From a virus (lineage: Duplodnaviria > Heunggongvirae > Uroviricota > Caudoviricetes): a stretch of 64,000 bases of DNA. Position 1 is the stretch's first letter. The number at the start of each line of letters is the position of its first letter. The notes below the pieces were generated by a model. It worked only from the letters and a program-made list of their open reading frames with translations, made no database searches and had not been told where the DNA came from. A program made the position numbers and the translations under genes. Positions 44,729 to 55,500 of the stretch are shown piece by piece. The stretch lies in the IMG/VR virus record IMGVR_UViG_3300008107_000202; one strand, 5' to 3'.

Positions 44729-45211
44729 ATGTTGCAAGAAAACAACAATCAGCAAGTATTGAAGACTCTAGACGATGGACGAAAACTTGTCAAGGGTAGA
44801 TTGGCGAACATTACACCTGAAGGGTTCATCATTTATGTCTGTGTGTGCTCGGAAAAGACAATTAAGCTTAAGGCAATTAGAGTTGCCTATGAAATGTTCT
44901 ACAATTGTAAGAGGCCCAATGGGATGGTGATCTACCCAAAGGACTTGCAGAGTAGCAACTTCAAGATTGCAAACATTGGTACAGTCAATGCAGCAGTGTG
45001 GCAAAACATCAAAGATGCAGTCTATAACATTCAAGATGGTATCAAGATCAAGCCACATCCGACAAATGCTTACACTTTTGTAGTGAAATACAGGCAATAT
45101 GGTCGAGTTATGCAGAAAACTGTACATGATATCACGCAAGCACTGCAGTTTAAGCGCAATTTGATCATCAAATGCAGTAAAATTGTCACCAAATACACTG
45201 TTTCCAATTGA
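44729..45211 (+). CDS. hypothetical protein
   Basis: ORF only. Confidence 0.4.
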   Translation: MLQENNNQQVLKTLDDGRKLVKGRLANITPEGFIIYVCVCSEKTIKLKAIRVAYEMFYNCKRPNGMVIYPKDLQSSNFKIANIGTVNAAVWQNIKDAVYNIQDGIKIKPHPTNAYTFVVKYRQYGRVMQKTVHDITQALQFKRNLIIKCSKIVTKYTVSN

Positions 45212-45443
45212 CTTTTATTGTTTTATGTGATATAATTGCTTGTTTTTTCGTGTTTAAGGTGCTCTATTGAGTGAAAAACGAAGGTAAACGTGCATTCTAA
45301 GCGTGCAAAGGCTGCTTTCGACTCCAAGTAACTCAACTTCACACCTTGAAGAACCGCAAGTGAAAAGTGGGATTTCTCTCTCCTTTTTCCCGGCTCTCGG
45401 CTTGTCTGGAACCGTAACCAGAACTAATTTGATAAGAGGAACT

Positions 45444-45647
45444 ATGAATTGTAAGTATTGTGGTGCTAAATTCAGGCTATCTGCACTCCACCCTGATCCG
45501 TCAGCGTGTCTTGAGTGCAGCGGTGTAGCCGATGACTTAACTATCAGCGATGAAGAAATCGCAATCGATGTGTGGCAACTGTCTAACCCTGCGGGTAGGA
45601 CTAAGCCTAAGTTCGATGAACAAGACGCAGACACTACTTGCACTTAA
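45444..45647 (+). CDS. small Zn-ribbon protein
   Basis: CKYCG..CLEC; RBS AAGAGGA. Confidence 0.35.
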   Translation: MNCKYCGAKFRLSALHPDPSACLECSGVADDLTISDEEIAIDVWQLSNPAGRTKPKFDEQDADTTCT

Positions 45648-45659
45648 CCGGAGATAAAT

Positions 45660-46034
45660 ATGTTTAAAAAAGGTGATCCTAACATCAATCGTTCAGGACG
45701 ACCAACTGTAGCTGAGAAAATCATCAAAGATCGTGAAGCAGGTAAAGCTGTGAGTCGTCGTGCCTTGATGGATCGTGAGCTACTGCTGCTTCTACGTAAG
45801 CTTCGCCCTCACGTTGCTGACAGTGTATTGACTGCTGCTGGAATTATGCAGAATGAGGAAGCCAGTCACCAGAACAAGTTGAAGGCTTCAACGATCATTC
45901 TTGATGCTTATCGCAAGCTGGTCATTGATGTGTACGGTACAGAGGTTGATGAAGACCCTGAAGAAATTCAACAGAATAACGCTCCTGTGTTCAGCCTTAA
46001 GGTTGTAGGACAGGATGGAGAATCCAAGGAATGA
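45660..46034 (+). CDS. terminase small subunit-like protein
   Basis: KGDPNINRSGRP resembles the GNPNGRPKG motif of P27-type TerS; lies upstream of TerL. Confidence 0.4.
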   Translation: MFKKGDPNINRSGRPTVAEKIIKDREAGKAVSRRALMDRELLLLLRKLRPHVADSVLTAAGIMQNEEASHQNKLKASTIILDAYRKLVIDVYGTEVDEDPEEIQQNNAPVFSLKVVGQDGESKE

Positions 46035-46531
46035 CACTGAACAAGATTTGTAAAATTTGTAATATTGAAAAACCACTTTTTGATTTTTACAAGAGTGATG
46101 GGACGAAAGATAAACGTCACAGTTATTGCAAATCTTGTTGTAGCGAAAGAGCGAGATTGAACCATATCAAAAATCATGAAGTTAATCTTGCTAGAAATAA
46201 AAAATACTATATCGACAACCATGAAAAACAAAAAGAAGCAAGACGAGATTACTATAGACGAAACAAGAAAGTCTATCTTGTAAATTTTTATAAGAGAGAT
46301 GCCAGAATTAAGCAGGCTACTCCTTCTTGGTTGTCAGAAGAAATGTTGTCTGAAATAAAACAAATATACAAAAAGTGCGAAACAATCACTATTGAGTCAG
46401 GAACAGTTCATCATGTAGATCATATTGTACCGATAAACGGTAAGACGGTTTGTGGATTGCATGTGCCTTGGAATCTCAGAATTATTACAGCAAGTGAAAA
46501 CTTGAGAAAGAGCAACAAGCATGAAAGTTAG
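46031..46531 (+). CDS. HNH endonuclease (terminase-associated)
   Basis: HHVDHIVPI..NLRIITASENLRKSNK; N-terminal Cys cluster. Confidence 0.75.
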   Translation: MTLNKICKICNIEKPLFDFYKSDGTKDKRHSYCKSCCSERARLNHIKNHEVNLARNKKYYIDNHEKQKEARRDYYRRNKKVYLVNFYKRDARIKQATPSWLSEEMLSEIKQIYKKCETITIESGTVHHVDHIVPINGKTVCGLHVPWNLRIITASENLRKSNKHES

Positions 46532-48026
46532 ACCTGAACAAAAACAGCAAATCATAATTGGACCATCCAGTAAGAAGCAGGAAATGTTTCTTAATTCAGA
46601 TGCAACAATTACTGTTGCCGGCGGAGCAGCGGGCTCGGGTAAGAGTTACACATCCTTGTTGATTGCATTAAAATTCATGAGTGTGCCAAGATCGACGGGT
46701 GTTATCTTTCGTAGAACGTCTAAGATGATTACAGCTCCAGGGTCGATCTGGCATGAGGCAGTTCAGCTTTTTACAACTGTATACCCAAATCTCAAGATTC
46801 GTCATCGTGAAAACGAAATCGTATTTCCAAACGGTTCATTTTTGAAGTTTTCACATATGCAGCACTCATCAGATAAGTACAGTCATAAAGGAGCGCAGTA
46901 CAGTCTGGTTATCTTTGACGAAGCAACAGACTTCGAAGAAGAAATGGTTGTGTATCTGCTGTCTCGTATGCGTAACGTAAACGTACCGTACCAGCCTCAG
47001 ATGTTCCTAATGACAAACCCTGACTATAACAGTTTCCTTAGATTGTGGATTCAGGACTTCTATCTCGACAATACAGGTATTCCTATCCCTGAGAAGAGTG
47101 GTCACCAAAGATCGTTCTTCAGAGAGGGTAACACAATGGTGTGGTATAACAGCAGAGAAGAAGCAGAAGCTGTACACGGTGTTGGTACAGACAATGGTGT
47201 TTCTACGTTCACCTTCATTGGTGCTAACGTTTATGACAATCCCATTCTGATTAAGAATAACCCAAGCTATTTGACTCGTCTACAGAACCTTCCTCGTGTT
47301 GAGAAGGAACGACTACTTTATGGTTCATGGTTTGCAAGACAAGAGTCTGCTGGATTCTTCAAGCGTGAGTGGTGCAAGGAAGTTGATTTCCCTAACGCTT
47401 TAGCTCGTAAGAGAATTCGTGCATGGGACTTTGCTTTCACTAAGCCTTCTGACCAATACCCGAACCCTGACTGGACTCGTGGTACTCTGATTTCGAAAGA
47501 CAAGTCAGGAGTTTACACAGTTGAAGACTTGGTGTCAATCCGTGATCGTGTGCATGAAGTCGAAAGATTGATCTTCGATACCGCAAGACGAGACGGTCAA
47601 GGTGTCACGATTAGCATTCCATTGGACCCTGCTGCTGCTGCTGGTGCATACGCCAGAGATTTGCAACGTCAACTTGCTGAGATGGGATTCCATTGCAAGC
47701 TCTCTAAGCCTGTGAAGTCAAAGCTTACTCGATTCGCTCCGTTCTCAAGTCTAGCACAAGCTGGATTTGTCAATATTGTGAAAGCCCCTTGGAATGGTGA
47801 ATTCTATGATGAACTTGAGTTGTTTGACGGTGAGAACAAGAGACTGAAGGACGACATTGTAGACACATGCTCAGATGCTGTGTTGCACCTTAACAAAGAG
47901 CTTCAGATTCCTAACTTCACGATGCCTAACTTGGACAAGAGTGGTACTTTCGGATTCCAGAACAATCATATTCAGAAAGATGGTGGTGTGCTAAGTGTAG
48001 CAGTGCCTCAGAACATTACAGGATAA
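46521..48026 (+). CDS. terminase large subunit
   Basis: Walker A VAGGAAGSGKSY; C-terminal nuclease domain. Confidence 0.8.
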   Translation: MKVRPEQKQQIIIGPSSKKQEMFLNSDATITVAGGAAGSGKSYTSLLIALKFMSVPRSTGVIFRRTSKMITAPGSIWHEAVQLFTTVYPNLKIRHRENEIVFPNGSFLKFSHMQHSSDKYSHKGAQYSLVIFDEATDFEEEMVVYLLSRMRNVNVPYQPQMFLMTNPDYNSFLRLWIQDFYLDNTGIPIPEKSGHQRSFFREGNTMVWYNSREEAEAVHGVGTDNGVSTFTFIGANVYDNPILIKNNPSYLTRLQNLPRVEKERLLYGSWFARQESAGFFKREWCKEVDFPNALARKRIRAWDFAFTKPSDQYPNPDWTRGTLISKDKSGVYTVEDLVSIRDRVHEVERLIFDTARRDGQGVTISIPLDPAAAAGAYARDLQRQLAEMGFHCKLSKPVKSKLTRFAPFSSLAQAGFVNIVKAPWNGEFYDELELFDGENKRLKDDIVDTCSDAVLHLNKELQIPNFTMPNLDKSGTFGFQNNHIQKDGGVLSVAVPQNITG

Positions 48027-48029
48027 AAC

Positions 48030-49478
48030 ATGGCTACTAGAAAACCAGCAACAAAACCAAAGTCTTCACAGATGACAGAAGTCGGATACTCAGGTTTGAG
48101 AATGTTCGATGGTGTTACTGCAGAAGAGACAATGCGAGAGTTGAATTTCCCAAGATCGAATAAGGTCTTCAAGGAAATGTCATACCACCCTGCAATCAAC
48201 ACTGCTCTTTCTCTTTACAATAGCATGATTGGTAAAGCAACCTTCAGGTTTGTACCTCCGAAAGATGCAACAGCAAGAGAAGTAAAGCAAGCTGAAATGG
48301 TCGAGTCGATGTTTACTGACATGGACAGACCTATCGAAGAAGTAATGATCGACATCATGACGATGGCTACATACGGTTTCTGTGTGCTTGAGAAAGTCTA
48401 CAAGATTCGTAAGAAGAGTAAAGGTAGTCTGTACGACGACGGTATTGTTGGTATCAAAAAGCTAGCGTATCGTTCACAGGAAAGCATCGACAAGTTCGAA
48501 TTCGATGACGACGGTAACAACATTGTTGCAGTCAAACAGAATCTGAGTCTGATTGCTGACCCTTACCTTCGTTACTCTCGTCGCCCACACATGGAAATCA
48601 TTCTCCCTCGTGAGAAGTTCCTGTTGTTTAACATGGGTAGAAACACAAGTAATCCATACGGTCAGAGTCCACTGCGTGACGTTTACGTTCCCTGGAAATA
48701 CCTGACAAGTATCGAAGAGCTTGAAGCAATGGGTGTAGCTAAAGACCTACAAGGTCTTCCTGTGCTATATCTTCCCGCTCAATACATGAGTGAAGACGCA
48801 AGTCCTGAACAGAAAGCGATCTTTGATCAATTTAAGAATGTCATCAGAAACCTACAACAAAACAGTCAATCCGGTGTCATCCTTCCTAGCGCAGTTGACC
48901 CTGACACTCGTGCTCAATTGTTCAAACTTGAGCTACTATCAACCGAGGGTGGTAAGAAGTCTTACGACACAACAAAAGTCAAGGATTACTATCGTGCGAT
49001 GATCTTCATCGGTATGAATGCTGACATTCTACTGATGGGCAACACCGAAACTGGTTCATTTGCACTTGGTAGCCTTAAGAGTTCACTGACTGGTTCATTC
49101 GTAGAGTCAGTTCTTCAGCGTATTGTTCGTGTGTTTAATGACGATCTGATCAAACAAGTCTACGAACTCAACGGTTGGGATGTTTCTCGTCGTTGCAAGA
49201 TGGACTACGAAGGATTTGAAGACACTAACCTTGATGAATTCTCGAAAGCTGTTCAACGAATCGGTGCTGTCGGATACCTACCTAAGACAATTGAAGTTGT
49301 CAACAAGGTTCTGAGTGCAATGAGTATTGACACTCTTCCTGACGACACGGATGTTAAATCCATTCTACCTGAACAAGATACAAAAGCTGGTGAAGGAATG
49401 AAAGAGGGAATGGGATCAGGTACTGGCTCATCTAATGGTTCTTCAGGTGACCAAACATCATCTAACAACGATAACTGA
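48030..49478 (+). CDS. portal protein
   Basis: Size and position after TerL. Confidence 0.65.
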   Translation: MATRKPATKPKSSQMTEVGYSGLRMFDGVTAEETMRELNFPRSNKVFKEMSYHPAINTALSLYNSMIGKATFRFVPPKDATAREVKQAEMVESMFTDMDRPIEEVMIDIMTMATYGFCVLEKVYKIRKKSKGSLYDDGIVGIKKLAYRSQESIDKFEFDDDGNNIVAVKQNLSLIADPYLRYSRRPHMEIILPREKFLLFNMGRNTSNPYGQSPLRDVYVPWKYLTSIEELEAMGVAKDLQGLPVLYLPAQYMSEDASPEQKAIFDQFKNVIRNLQQNSQSGVILPSAVDPDTRAQLFKLELLSTEGGKKSYDTTKVKDYYRAMIFIGMNADILLMGNTETGSFALGSLKSSLTGSFVESVLQRIVRVFNDDLIKQVYELNGWDVSRRCKMDYEGFEDTNLDEFSKAVQRIGAVGYLPKTIEVVNKVLSAMSIDTLPDDTDVKSILPEQDTKAGEGMKEGMGSGTGSSNGSSGDQTSSNNDN

Positions 49479-49486
49479 GATTCATA

Positions 49487-51688
49487 ATGGAAAAGCTAGC
49501 CACAGAACTAACATTGAGATCACTTCTCGATGCAATTAGAAACAATAACAACTCAACGAGTGTTAACTCAACATCGGGTATACCAATGGGAAAAATTGCA
49601 ACAGAAGACACCCTTCTTGAGTTATTGGCTGTGGTTAGCAGCGACGGACTAGGCGACAGTGGTGAATCCAGCAAGAGTTATCTTAACTTCACAGGTGGAG
49701 AAGATGGCTCTGATGTTACTGCAGAACTACAGGCAATGTGTACTCTGGCTAACTCGCTAGGTATTCCTGTCAGACTCCCAGGTTGGGATTTGCATTTCAG
49801 TAGTACCCTCTTTGCTAATCAACTCATTGGTACAAGAGGTAAGACTAGACTTATTCCTTCTCAGACTTTTACTACAGCAGGATTTGCTAACGAATTCCTG
49901 ATTATCAACAGTAACTTCAGTCAAGGCTTCGATGAAGCCACAGCTAATTATGTTGTGTACAGAGACTTTGATGTTGAAATCACACCTAGTGATTCCACAA
50001 GAGGTAAATCACTGATCGGACTGGGTGGTGTTAAAGGTGGTGTAATCAGTGGTCTAAGATTGACCGCTAAACGAGTAATCGGTACAGACGGTGAACCAAT
50101 TAGATTCTTCCAGCTTATCGATGTATATTGCACTACTCGTAATCTGCACATCTACGGAAACGAATTCAGACAACTAACTGGTGCATGGGGTGCAGGTACA
50201 CCTATCCAGGCTGACGGTGGTGGCTGTCTAAACATTCGTAATCTGAGAGGCGGTCTAGCATCAGATGCTGAGAACTACGTTACACAAGACATTTTCATCC
50301 ACCACAATTACTTCGAACACCTTACGAGCGACGAATGTTTTGCCGTGTACGGAGTAAGAGGTATTACTCGTAGAATCAAAGTTCACCACAATGTATTCAG
50401 AGGTCTACCTACAACTGCAGACAAGGTTTACAACACTACGTTTATCGCTTTTTTCCCTCTCAATGATGGAAGCGGTGTGAACCTTGGTGCGACTGCTGCA
50501 GTATACGACTGTGAATTTTCTAACAATTACGTAGAGTCAGCTTGTACTCTTTACGATCTGTTCAGAATCGGTAATACACCTGACGCGAACAACAAATGTT
50601 ACAACAATAGAAGCAGTGATAACTACTTCCTGCACAAGATCAGTTTTGATCCAGTGACAGGTGCAGTTGCTGCAGCTACAGAGTTTGGTGCTCCAATCTC
50701 TCCAGTGATTGCTTCATCTGGCGCAAGATGTATTGATGGTAACTTCGGTGTTGCTTACCTGGGTGATGCGAGTGGTAACACTAGCACTAACGACATGGTT
50801 GTGCATTTGCAGGACGCTTTCGGTTCTGTAGTTGCTTCAGCTTTTACTGGTTTTCAGCTAATCAACAACCCGATCTGTTACGGTTCAATCGTGACTGCTA
50901 TCTCTTCTTGCCGAAATGTTAGCGGTGGACAGGTTGAATGTTTCGCTAGAGCTTTCTACAACTGCAGAAGCGTTGTAGGTACAAGCTGGCGTGTTAACGG
51001 TAGAAATGCAATCTACGTAGGATATGATGTTGACTCAAATGATGGTAGTCAGTATTCAATGACAAACACGAACGGTTTCAGTCAAGGTGGATTCGCAAGA
51101 ATCAGCAATAACATGAACGAAGCAAGTAGAGTTAACTTCTACAACAATACAGCTACGATCTACAGCAACACTCTTGAGCCTGTTATTTCAAGAGTAGCGG
51201 TGGATTACAGTTCTCTGAGCACAACCGCTACATTTAGACTGAACGAAATCAACGGTAGTCTTTCAACCATTAACTCAGGTCTACCACAACGTGTAAAACT
51301 GTGGATTCAATCTACAGCACCGACTGCAGAGAATCCTAAAGACTTGTGGATTGACACATCAGGTACTCCTGTTCTCAAGCGATGGGTTGATCCTACATGG
51401 ATTACTGCTACAGATAGAACTGGTGCAGCCATTGTGCTTTCACTTGGTGCAACTGAAGCTGGTGGTGACAATATCCTTAACGTTTTCGTTCAAGAAACAC
51501 CTTCCGGTGCAACACCGGCAGAAGGTGATGTACAAAGTAAACCATCCGAAGGTTATAAACTGTATAGGTTTACCTCTGGATCATGGGTGGATCACCCTAA
51601 CACTGCTTTCGCCACCGGACTGCTTACTGTTTCGGGTGTTGGAAGACTAAGAAGAAGTCTAAACAATTGGGGTGGAGTGGAGGATTAA
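49487..51688 (+). CDS. large structural protein with beta-helix-like repeats (fibre/spike candidate)
   Basis: 733 aa, Gly/Asn/Ser/Thr-rich repeats. Confidence 0.35.
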   Translation: MEKLATELTLRSLLDAIRNNNNSTSVNSTSGIPMGKIATEDTLLELLAVVSSDGLGDSGESSKSYLNFTGGEDGSDVTAELQAMCTLANSLGIPVRLPGWDLHFSSTLFANQLIGTRGKTRLIPSQTFTTAGFANEFLIINSNFSQGFDEATANYVVYRDFDVEITPSDSTRGKSLIGLGGVKGGVISGLRLTAKRVIGTDGEPIRFFQLIDVYCTTRNLHIYGNEFRQLTGAWGAGTPIQADGGGCLNIRNLRGGLASDAENYVTQDIFIHHNYFEHLTSDECFAVYGVRGITRRIKVHHNVFRGLPTTADKVYNTTFIAFFPLNDGSGVNLGATAAVYDCEFSNNYVESACTLYDLFRIGNTPDANNKCYNNRSSDNYFLHKISFDPVTGAVAAATEFGAPISPVIASSGARCIDGNFGVAYLGDASGNTSTNDMVVHLQDAFGSVVASAFTGFQLINNPICYGSIVTAISSCRNVSGGQVECFARAFYNCRSVVGTSWRVNGRNAIYVGYDVDSNDGSQYSMTNTNGFSQGGFARISNNMNEASRVNFYNNTATIYSNTLEPVISRVAVDYSSLSTTATFRLNEINGSLSTINSGLPQRVKLWIQSTAPTAENPKDLWIDTSGTPVLKRWVDPTWITATDRTGAAIVLSLGATEAGGDNILNVFVQETPSGATPAEGDVQSKPSEGYKLYRFTSGSWVDHPNTAFATGLLTVSGVGRLRRSLNNWGGVED

Positions 51689-52519
51689 ATGTGGACAACC
51701 AGCAACCTTAAACCTGAAATTCAATCTAAACCATTAGAGCACAGAGAAGCGTTTGTCACAGCAGCTAATGCTGCCCTTAAGAAAGGTCGAACGCTCTCTG
51801 AAGCTGAGTTTGCTGGTGAAGCGGCACTTGCTGCTTTATTGAAAGCAAAAGCTAGAAGTTCTCAGACTTTGCTGAACGAAGAAGTAAAGCTGAGACAACC
51901 TCCCCCTCATCTTGCTGCAATTCTTAAAGCTGCAGAGCTTAAGAAGAAAGCACTGGTTGAGAAAGTAGAAGAACCACAGCCTGTTGAAGTCAGACCTACC
52001 GTGGTAGAGCTTCGTTTCGACAGAGAAGGGTATTTGATTGTCAAATTTTCTGACGGCAAGATCGTAAGGTCTAAGAACGCAGTAAAGAAAGACGAACAAA
52101 TCACACAGAATCTGACCGTACAGACATCAGGTAGAGGCAATGGTACTTCTGAATTCTCAACTGAAAGTGAACTAAGTAGACAGTATTACTATGATGTATC
52201 TGAGAACCTAATCAGAATTGAATACGTATCTGGCAACTTCAAAACATTCGAATACAACTCAATCACTGGACTGCTTTCGATAGAAAACTATATCAAAGGT
52301 AGTACCAACTACCGTAAGACATATTTGTACGATTCAGCACAAAGACTGATTGAAATCATCTATGAGGTCGTAGTGTATACACCACCAGTCTTTACGGGAT
52401 TCTTTATTCCTCAGTATTCTGAGCCGCAATCTTTAGTGTTTAGTGGTAACTTCACAAGTCAATACTCTGAACCGGAAACCTTAGTATTTGATGGTCTTCT
52501 TGGACCTCAATACAGTTAA
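51689..52519 (+). CDS. structural protein (hypothetical)
   Basis: ORF only. Confidence 0.3.
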   Translation: MWTTSNLKPEIQSKPLEHREAFVTAANAALKKGRTLSEAEFAGEAALAALLKAKARSSQTLLNEEVKLRQPPPHLAAILKAAELKKKALVEKVEEPQPVEVRPTVVELRFDREGYLIVKFSDGKIVRSKNAVKKDEQITQNLTVQTSGRGNGTSEFSTESELSRQYYYDVSENLIRIEYVSGNFKTFEYNSITGLLSIENYIKGSTNYRKTYLYDSAQRLIEIIYEVVVYTPPVFTGFFIPQYSEPQSLVFSGNFTSQYSEPETLVFDGLLGPQYS

Positions 52520-52532
52520 TTGGAGAAAACAA

Positions 52533-55500
52533 GTGCCAGCAATTTTTTCGCAACAAAGAGTGTTTGCGTCAGCTACACCACCACCTTCGCCCCCTCCACC
52601 GCCGCCACCCCCACCGCCTCCTGCTGCTCCTGGCTTGACGGTCAGTGCTGGCGCTTCCAGTGGTACGGCTGGTGGTGGCACAGTCAGTGGTCCAACATTG
52701 ACTGCCCCAGGTGGAAACCTTTCGTCGGTGAACTGGTCTGCTTCAGCTTCTCCTTCAGGACTGACGATTAGTCCATCAAGTGGAACACTGACTCCGGGTC
52801 AAAGTGTAACTCCAACCCTTAGTTCCATTACTGCTGCTATTTATGCAATTACGGTTGCCAATAACAGTGGTGGTACGATTACAGGTTCAGCGGGTAATGT
52901 TCAGTTCTACGCACCAGTTCCACCGCCACCACCTGCGCCCGCCCCATCGGGTGGAGTTATGCAACTCACCTTGACCAGCGCCACCAGTGGTACGCTACCA
53001 TTTGCGGCTGGTTATACCTTCCGCCAAGGCGACATCCCAGCCGGTCAGGGTGTTGTCGTGTCAGGCGCCACCGCTCAAGCCACGATCAAGAGCACCTGGC
53101 CCGATGGCTCGGCGCGCATCGCCGTCATCGCGGGCACGTACACCAGCGCGGGCAGCCCGGTGACGCTGACGATGAGCGCGGGCACTGCCAGCACGGGAAC
53201 GGTGCTCACCACGTCCGACCTCGATGCAGCCCTGGCGGGCAACAACGTGATCGTGGACGCAGGCGGCCTGGGGCTGGCCTCGTGGAGTGCTGGCGCCGAC
53301 TGGGCGAGCCCCTTCGCCACCTGGGTGAGCGGGCATCGGATGTCGTCGTGGATTTACCGCAAGCCGGTGGGCAGCGACACGCACCTTGTCGCGTGGCTCG
53401 AAGTGCGGCTCTACGCGGGCGGCGCCGTCGAAATCCTGCCTTGGATCGAGAACGGCTATCTGAACGTAGCCTCGCCGACGAACAAGAGCGCCACCTACAC
53501 CTTCAGCATGGGCGGCACGACGCGATTCAGCGGCGTGATCGACCTCAAGCACCACCAGCGCACACCCCTCATCAGCGGCACGGGCCTGTCGCACTGGCTC
53601 GGCACCGACCCGGGCGTGACGATGCGGCACGACGTGGCGTACCTCATGAGCACGGAGATGGTGCCCACGTACCGCGCGCTTACGCCGGCCGGCGCTTCGG
53701 TTGTCAGCTCAGTCTGCCCGACCACCTTTGCGCCGCTGCAGCAGGGCGGGTACACCTACCAATCCGACAGCATGAGCAGCGGCGGCGCAGCCGGGCCCAT
53801 TGGCCTGCTGCCAACGCATGACGTGCTGTATCTGACCTGTGCCGCTGCTGACGCTGCGCGGGTTTACAAGGCGGTTGTCTTCAACGGCTACTCTGCTGGC
53901 CGCTATCGCCACCACTACCGTGACGAGACGACCAACCGGCCGCCGTTGACGAGCGCTTACCCAACCCTCTGGATTGACAACAACACGCCCACGCCCAGCG
54001 GCGGCGAAGGCCCGGAGCGCGACATCGCGCACCATCCCTCTGTCGGCTTCATGGCGTATCTTGTCACCGGGCGCTGGTACTTCATGGAAGAAGCTGCTCT
54101 GTCGGCGAGCTTCAATCACTTCGTCAAGAGCTTCAACTCGGTCATGCGCGACGGGTCGAAGGGCCTGTTCCAGTCCTGCTTCGGCGCGTGGCAGACCCGC
54201 TCAGCCGCTTGGACGATGCGGACCTGGGCGCAGGCCCTGGCGATCATTCCCGACGCCGACACAACACTGAAGGCTGATTACCTTCAGGTCTGGCACGAGA
54301 ACGTGGACAAGTTCCACGCGCAGTACGTCGTCCAGCCCGGCAACCCCTGGGGCTGGGTCGAGCCGGGTGAGGAGTACGACGCCACCTTCCGACTCGGCCA
54401 CGGCGCACCCTGGCAGCAAGATTTTGTTAGTGCAGCGGTGGGCTACTCGCGGGCGCTCGACCTCACGACCGACGCCACGCGCAAAGCCCGCTGGCAGGCG
54501 TTTCACGAGTGGAAGGCACAGTCAACCATCAAGCGCCTGGGCCCGTCCGACGCCTTCTGGTACATCAACGGCGGCGTGTATGGCCAGCGCATCAGCCCGT
54601 CAGCACTGACCGCGGACGACTACCGCAACGGCACCGGCACGTTCTACACCCCGGCGCAGAGCTACGCTCAGATCGTCGCGGGACTGACTGCTGCCTCGGC
54701 CCCGACAGGCTGGATCGGCACGACCGAGGGTGTGCTGAACGGCGAAATCATGCCGGGCGAGTCGGCCATGTGGGGCAACCTGACGCCATCGCTGGCCTAT
54801 GCGGTGCGGTTCGGTATCAGCGGTGCTCTGGCTGCGTATCAGCGGCTTGTTGGCGCGGGCAACTGGATCCCGCTTGCTGCTGCTTTTAATGCGCAGCCGG
54901 TGTGGTCTGTGCTCCCGGCCAGTGGTGCGCTGCCGACGTGGCTTGCTTCGCAGCCGCTGAACACCTGGATTGAGATTCCAAACACGAATGGTCGCGTTAC
55001 CACTGCAGTGGTTAACGGCGTATCTGAGCCTGTGCTGACAACCGGAGATGGGGCATTTGAAGCTTGGGGCGCATTCACGGTAAAAGGTGACACCAGTGAG
55101 CTTTTCATTGCAGCTTCTGGTGGGCACGGTGATAGCTCCGATAATCGCGTGGTCAGTATTTCTCTGTCAAGTGATACCCCGACTTGGGTTCTACGCAGCC
55201 AACCTTCGACAGTAGTGCAACTTGACCGCACAAGTGGTTACTACCTCGACGGTAAGCCCACTTCTCGTCACCTATATGACGATATTTTCTATTTACCGCA
55301 ACTACAAAGGGTGATGATGGTAGGTGGTCGCGCTATTTATGGTGGAGGTGGGCCTGAAACGCCTGCTGTCACTGGATTTGATGTGAACAGCAATACCTGG
55401 GACACTGAAGGAAAGTTTACAAGTGTCGTGCAGAGTGGCGGCACACCTTTTGGTATGGTGATGAATAAGCGGACAGGTGCAGTTTTCACCACAATCTTGG

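Noticed and set aside
53061-55231. Multiple antisense and alternative-frame ORFs inside the tail protein gene
   Set aside because: They are a by-product of very high G+C (few stop codons); their products are Arg/Ala/Pro-rich nonsense.
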